From Octopus sinensis (lineage: Eukaryota): a DNA stretch of 64,000 bases. Position 1 is the first letter of the stretch. Each line of letters starts with the position of its first letter. The stretch spans positions 47,761 through 111,760 of the forward strand of contig NW_021834251.1 in the NCBI RefSeq assembly GCF_006345805.1, given 5' to 3'. Positions 62,906 through 64,000 of this stretch are shown here, piece after piece. The position numbers and the translations under genes were made by a program. The notes below the pieces were generated by a model. That model saw only the letters and a list, made by a program, of their open reading frames with translations, ran no database searches and was not told the DNA's origin.

Positions 62906-63519
62906 AAGAGAGAAAAAGAGAAAGAGAACAATAATATTATCAACAACAACGAATCTATCATCTACAACAACAACACTAAATGTAAGAGCCTGTAAAGAAA
63001 TTTATACAACCGAAACAACAAGAGCTGTAAAAATAACTAATCAAATACAAGAAAATCTATCAGCAAAAACAGCATTAAATAAAAATTTAGCAATACCAAT
63101 ACGAATGGCCAAAGAGTATAGCGACAACATAAGCAACATCAAGAACGATAGTAATATACCAAAAGTAATGCAAAACAATACCTCCTAGAATGACAGAAGC
63201 GATAACATTAAATAAAAGTTCTCAAATAGCAAAACATACATTAGTTGATGAAGGATGGTGGGTGGGAAGGGAATGCGTAAGGGCTGTTTTGTGTTTTGTG
63301 TTTTGTTTTTTTTTTGTATTTTTTTTGTATCCAAGTCTCGCTGTCATGACAAAGATTGAGTGATCCTATGGTGTTTGGAAAGGGTCGAAGATTTATCATT
63401 GAAGCGAAGAAGTGGCTAGCAAGGAAATACGACCTGTTCTCAAAACGATTAGTGGTTTACCGATGCACCATACGGCGATGGGACCACACCGCAAGATGTG
63501 TTCGGATGACAGTGAGGTT

Positions 63520-63935
63520 TGAAAAACTGAGAGAGAAAGGAAGGAAGGAAGGAAGGAAGAAAGAAAGGAAAAAGGAGGAAAAAGGAACAGAGAAGAGCGG
63601 TAGGGGATGAAATTCAGACGGTGTGAAATAGATAAAGAGACTGAGATTATGAAAAGAAGGGATTAAGTGAATGAAAGAGGGAAAGATAGTAAAGCGGAAG
63701 AAAGTAGGAGAGAAGGAGAGAAAGGAGAAGTAGATGAAAACGTGGGGAGTGGTGTGAGAGAGAAAGGGAAAGAGAAGAATATAATGAGAATGAGAGACGA
63801 GGAAGGAGAGAGATTCAAGTGAATAGAGTGAGATAGAAACAGAGAACGAGAAAGTTTTGAGAACGGAAGAGATAGTGAAATACTGAGAGAGAGGGACAGA
63901 AAGAAAGAGAGAGAGAGGGTTACCCATAGAGAGAG
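63520..63935. repeat. Purine-rich (GA/GGAA) low-complexity tract
   Basis: Direct reading. Confidence 0.85.
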
Positions 63936-64000
63936 AGAGTGTGTGTGTGTGTGTGTGTGAGTATGCGTGTTGCACAAATACTGATATATAGAGAGCAAGA

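Overview
AT-rich eukaryotic genomic DNA dominated by microsatellites and transposon relics. The three tRNA-derived SINE families and the extreme (TA)n/(TG)n/(TTA)n load look like a coleoid cephalopod (Octopus-like); this is an inference, not a database result. No host protein-coding gene could be identified by homology. Almost all supplied ORFs are microsatellite translations; the recognisable ones are transposon fragments: Tx1/L1-clade LINE 3' end, two CR1-group LINE 3' ends, an RTE/BovB fragment, a Penelope GIY-YIG fragment, four mariner remnants and a non-autonomous Helitron. The most interesting signals are: (1) short (TA)n-embedded elements carrying minimal hammerhead-ribozyme motifs, including a recurrent non-canonical core and one element with a 440-bp palindrome, near a Penelope endonuclease relic; (2) two SINE families whose 3' tails match two different LINEs present in this window, one with a covarying stem-loop (CR1-group) and one matching a Tx1 end; (3) SINE concatemers and module shuffling; (4) weak exon-like segments, including an 11-nt microexon candidate and a speculative precursor of a cyclic peptide. 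Indel-rich differences between repeat copies suggest the assembly may be locally error-prone.
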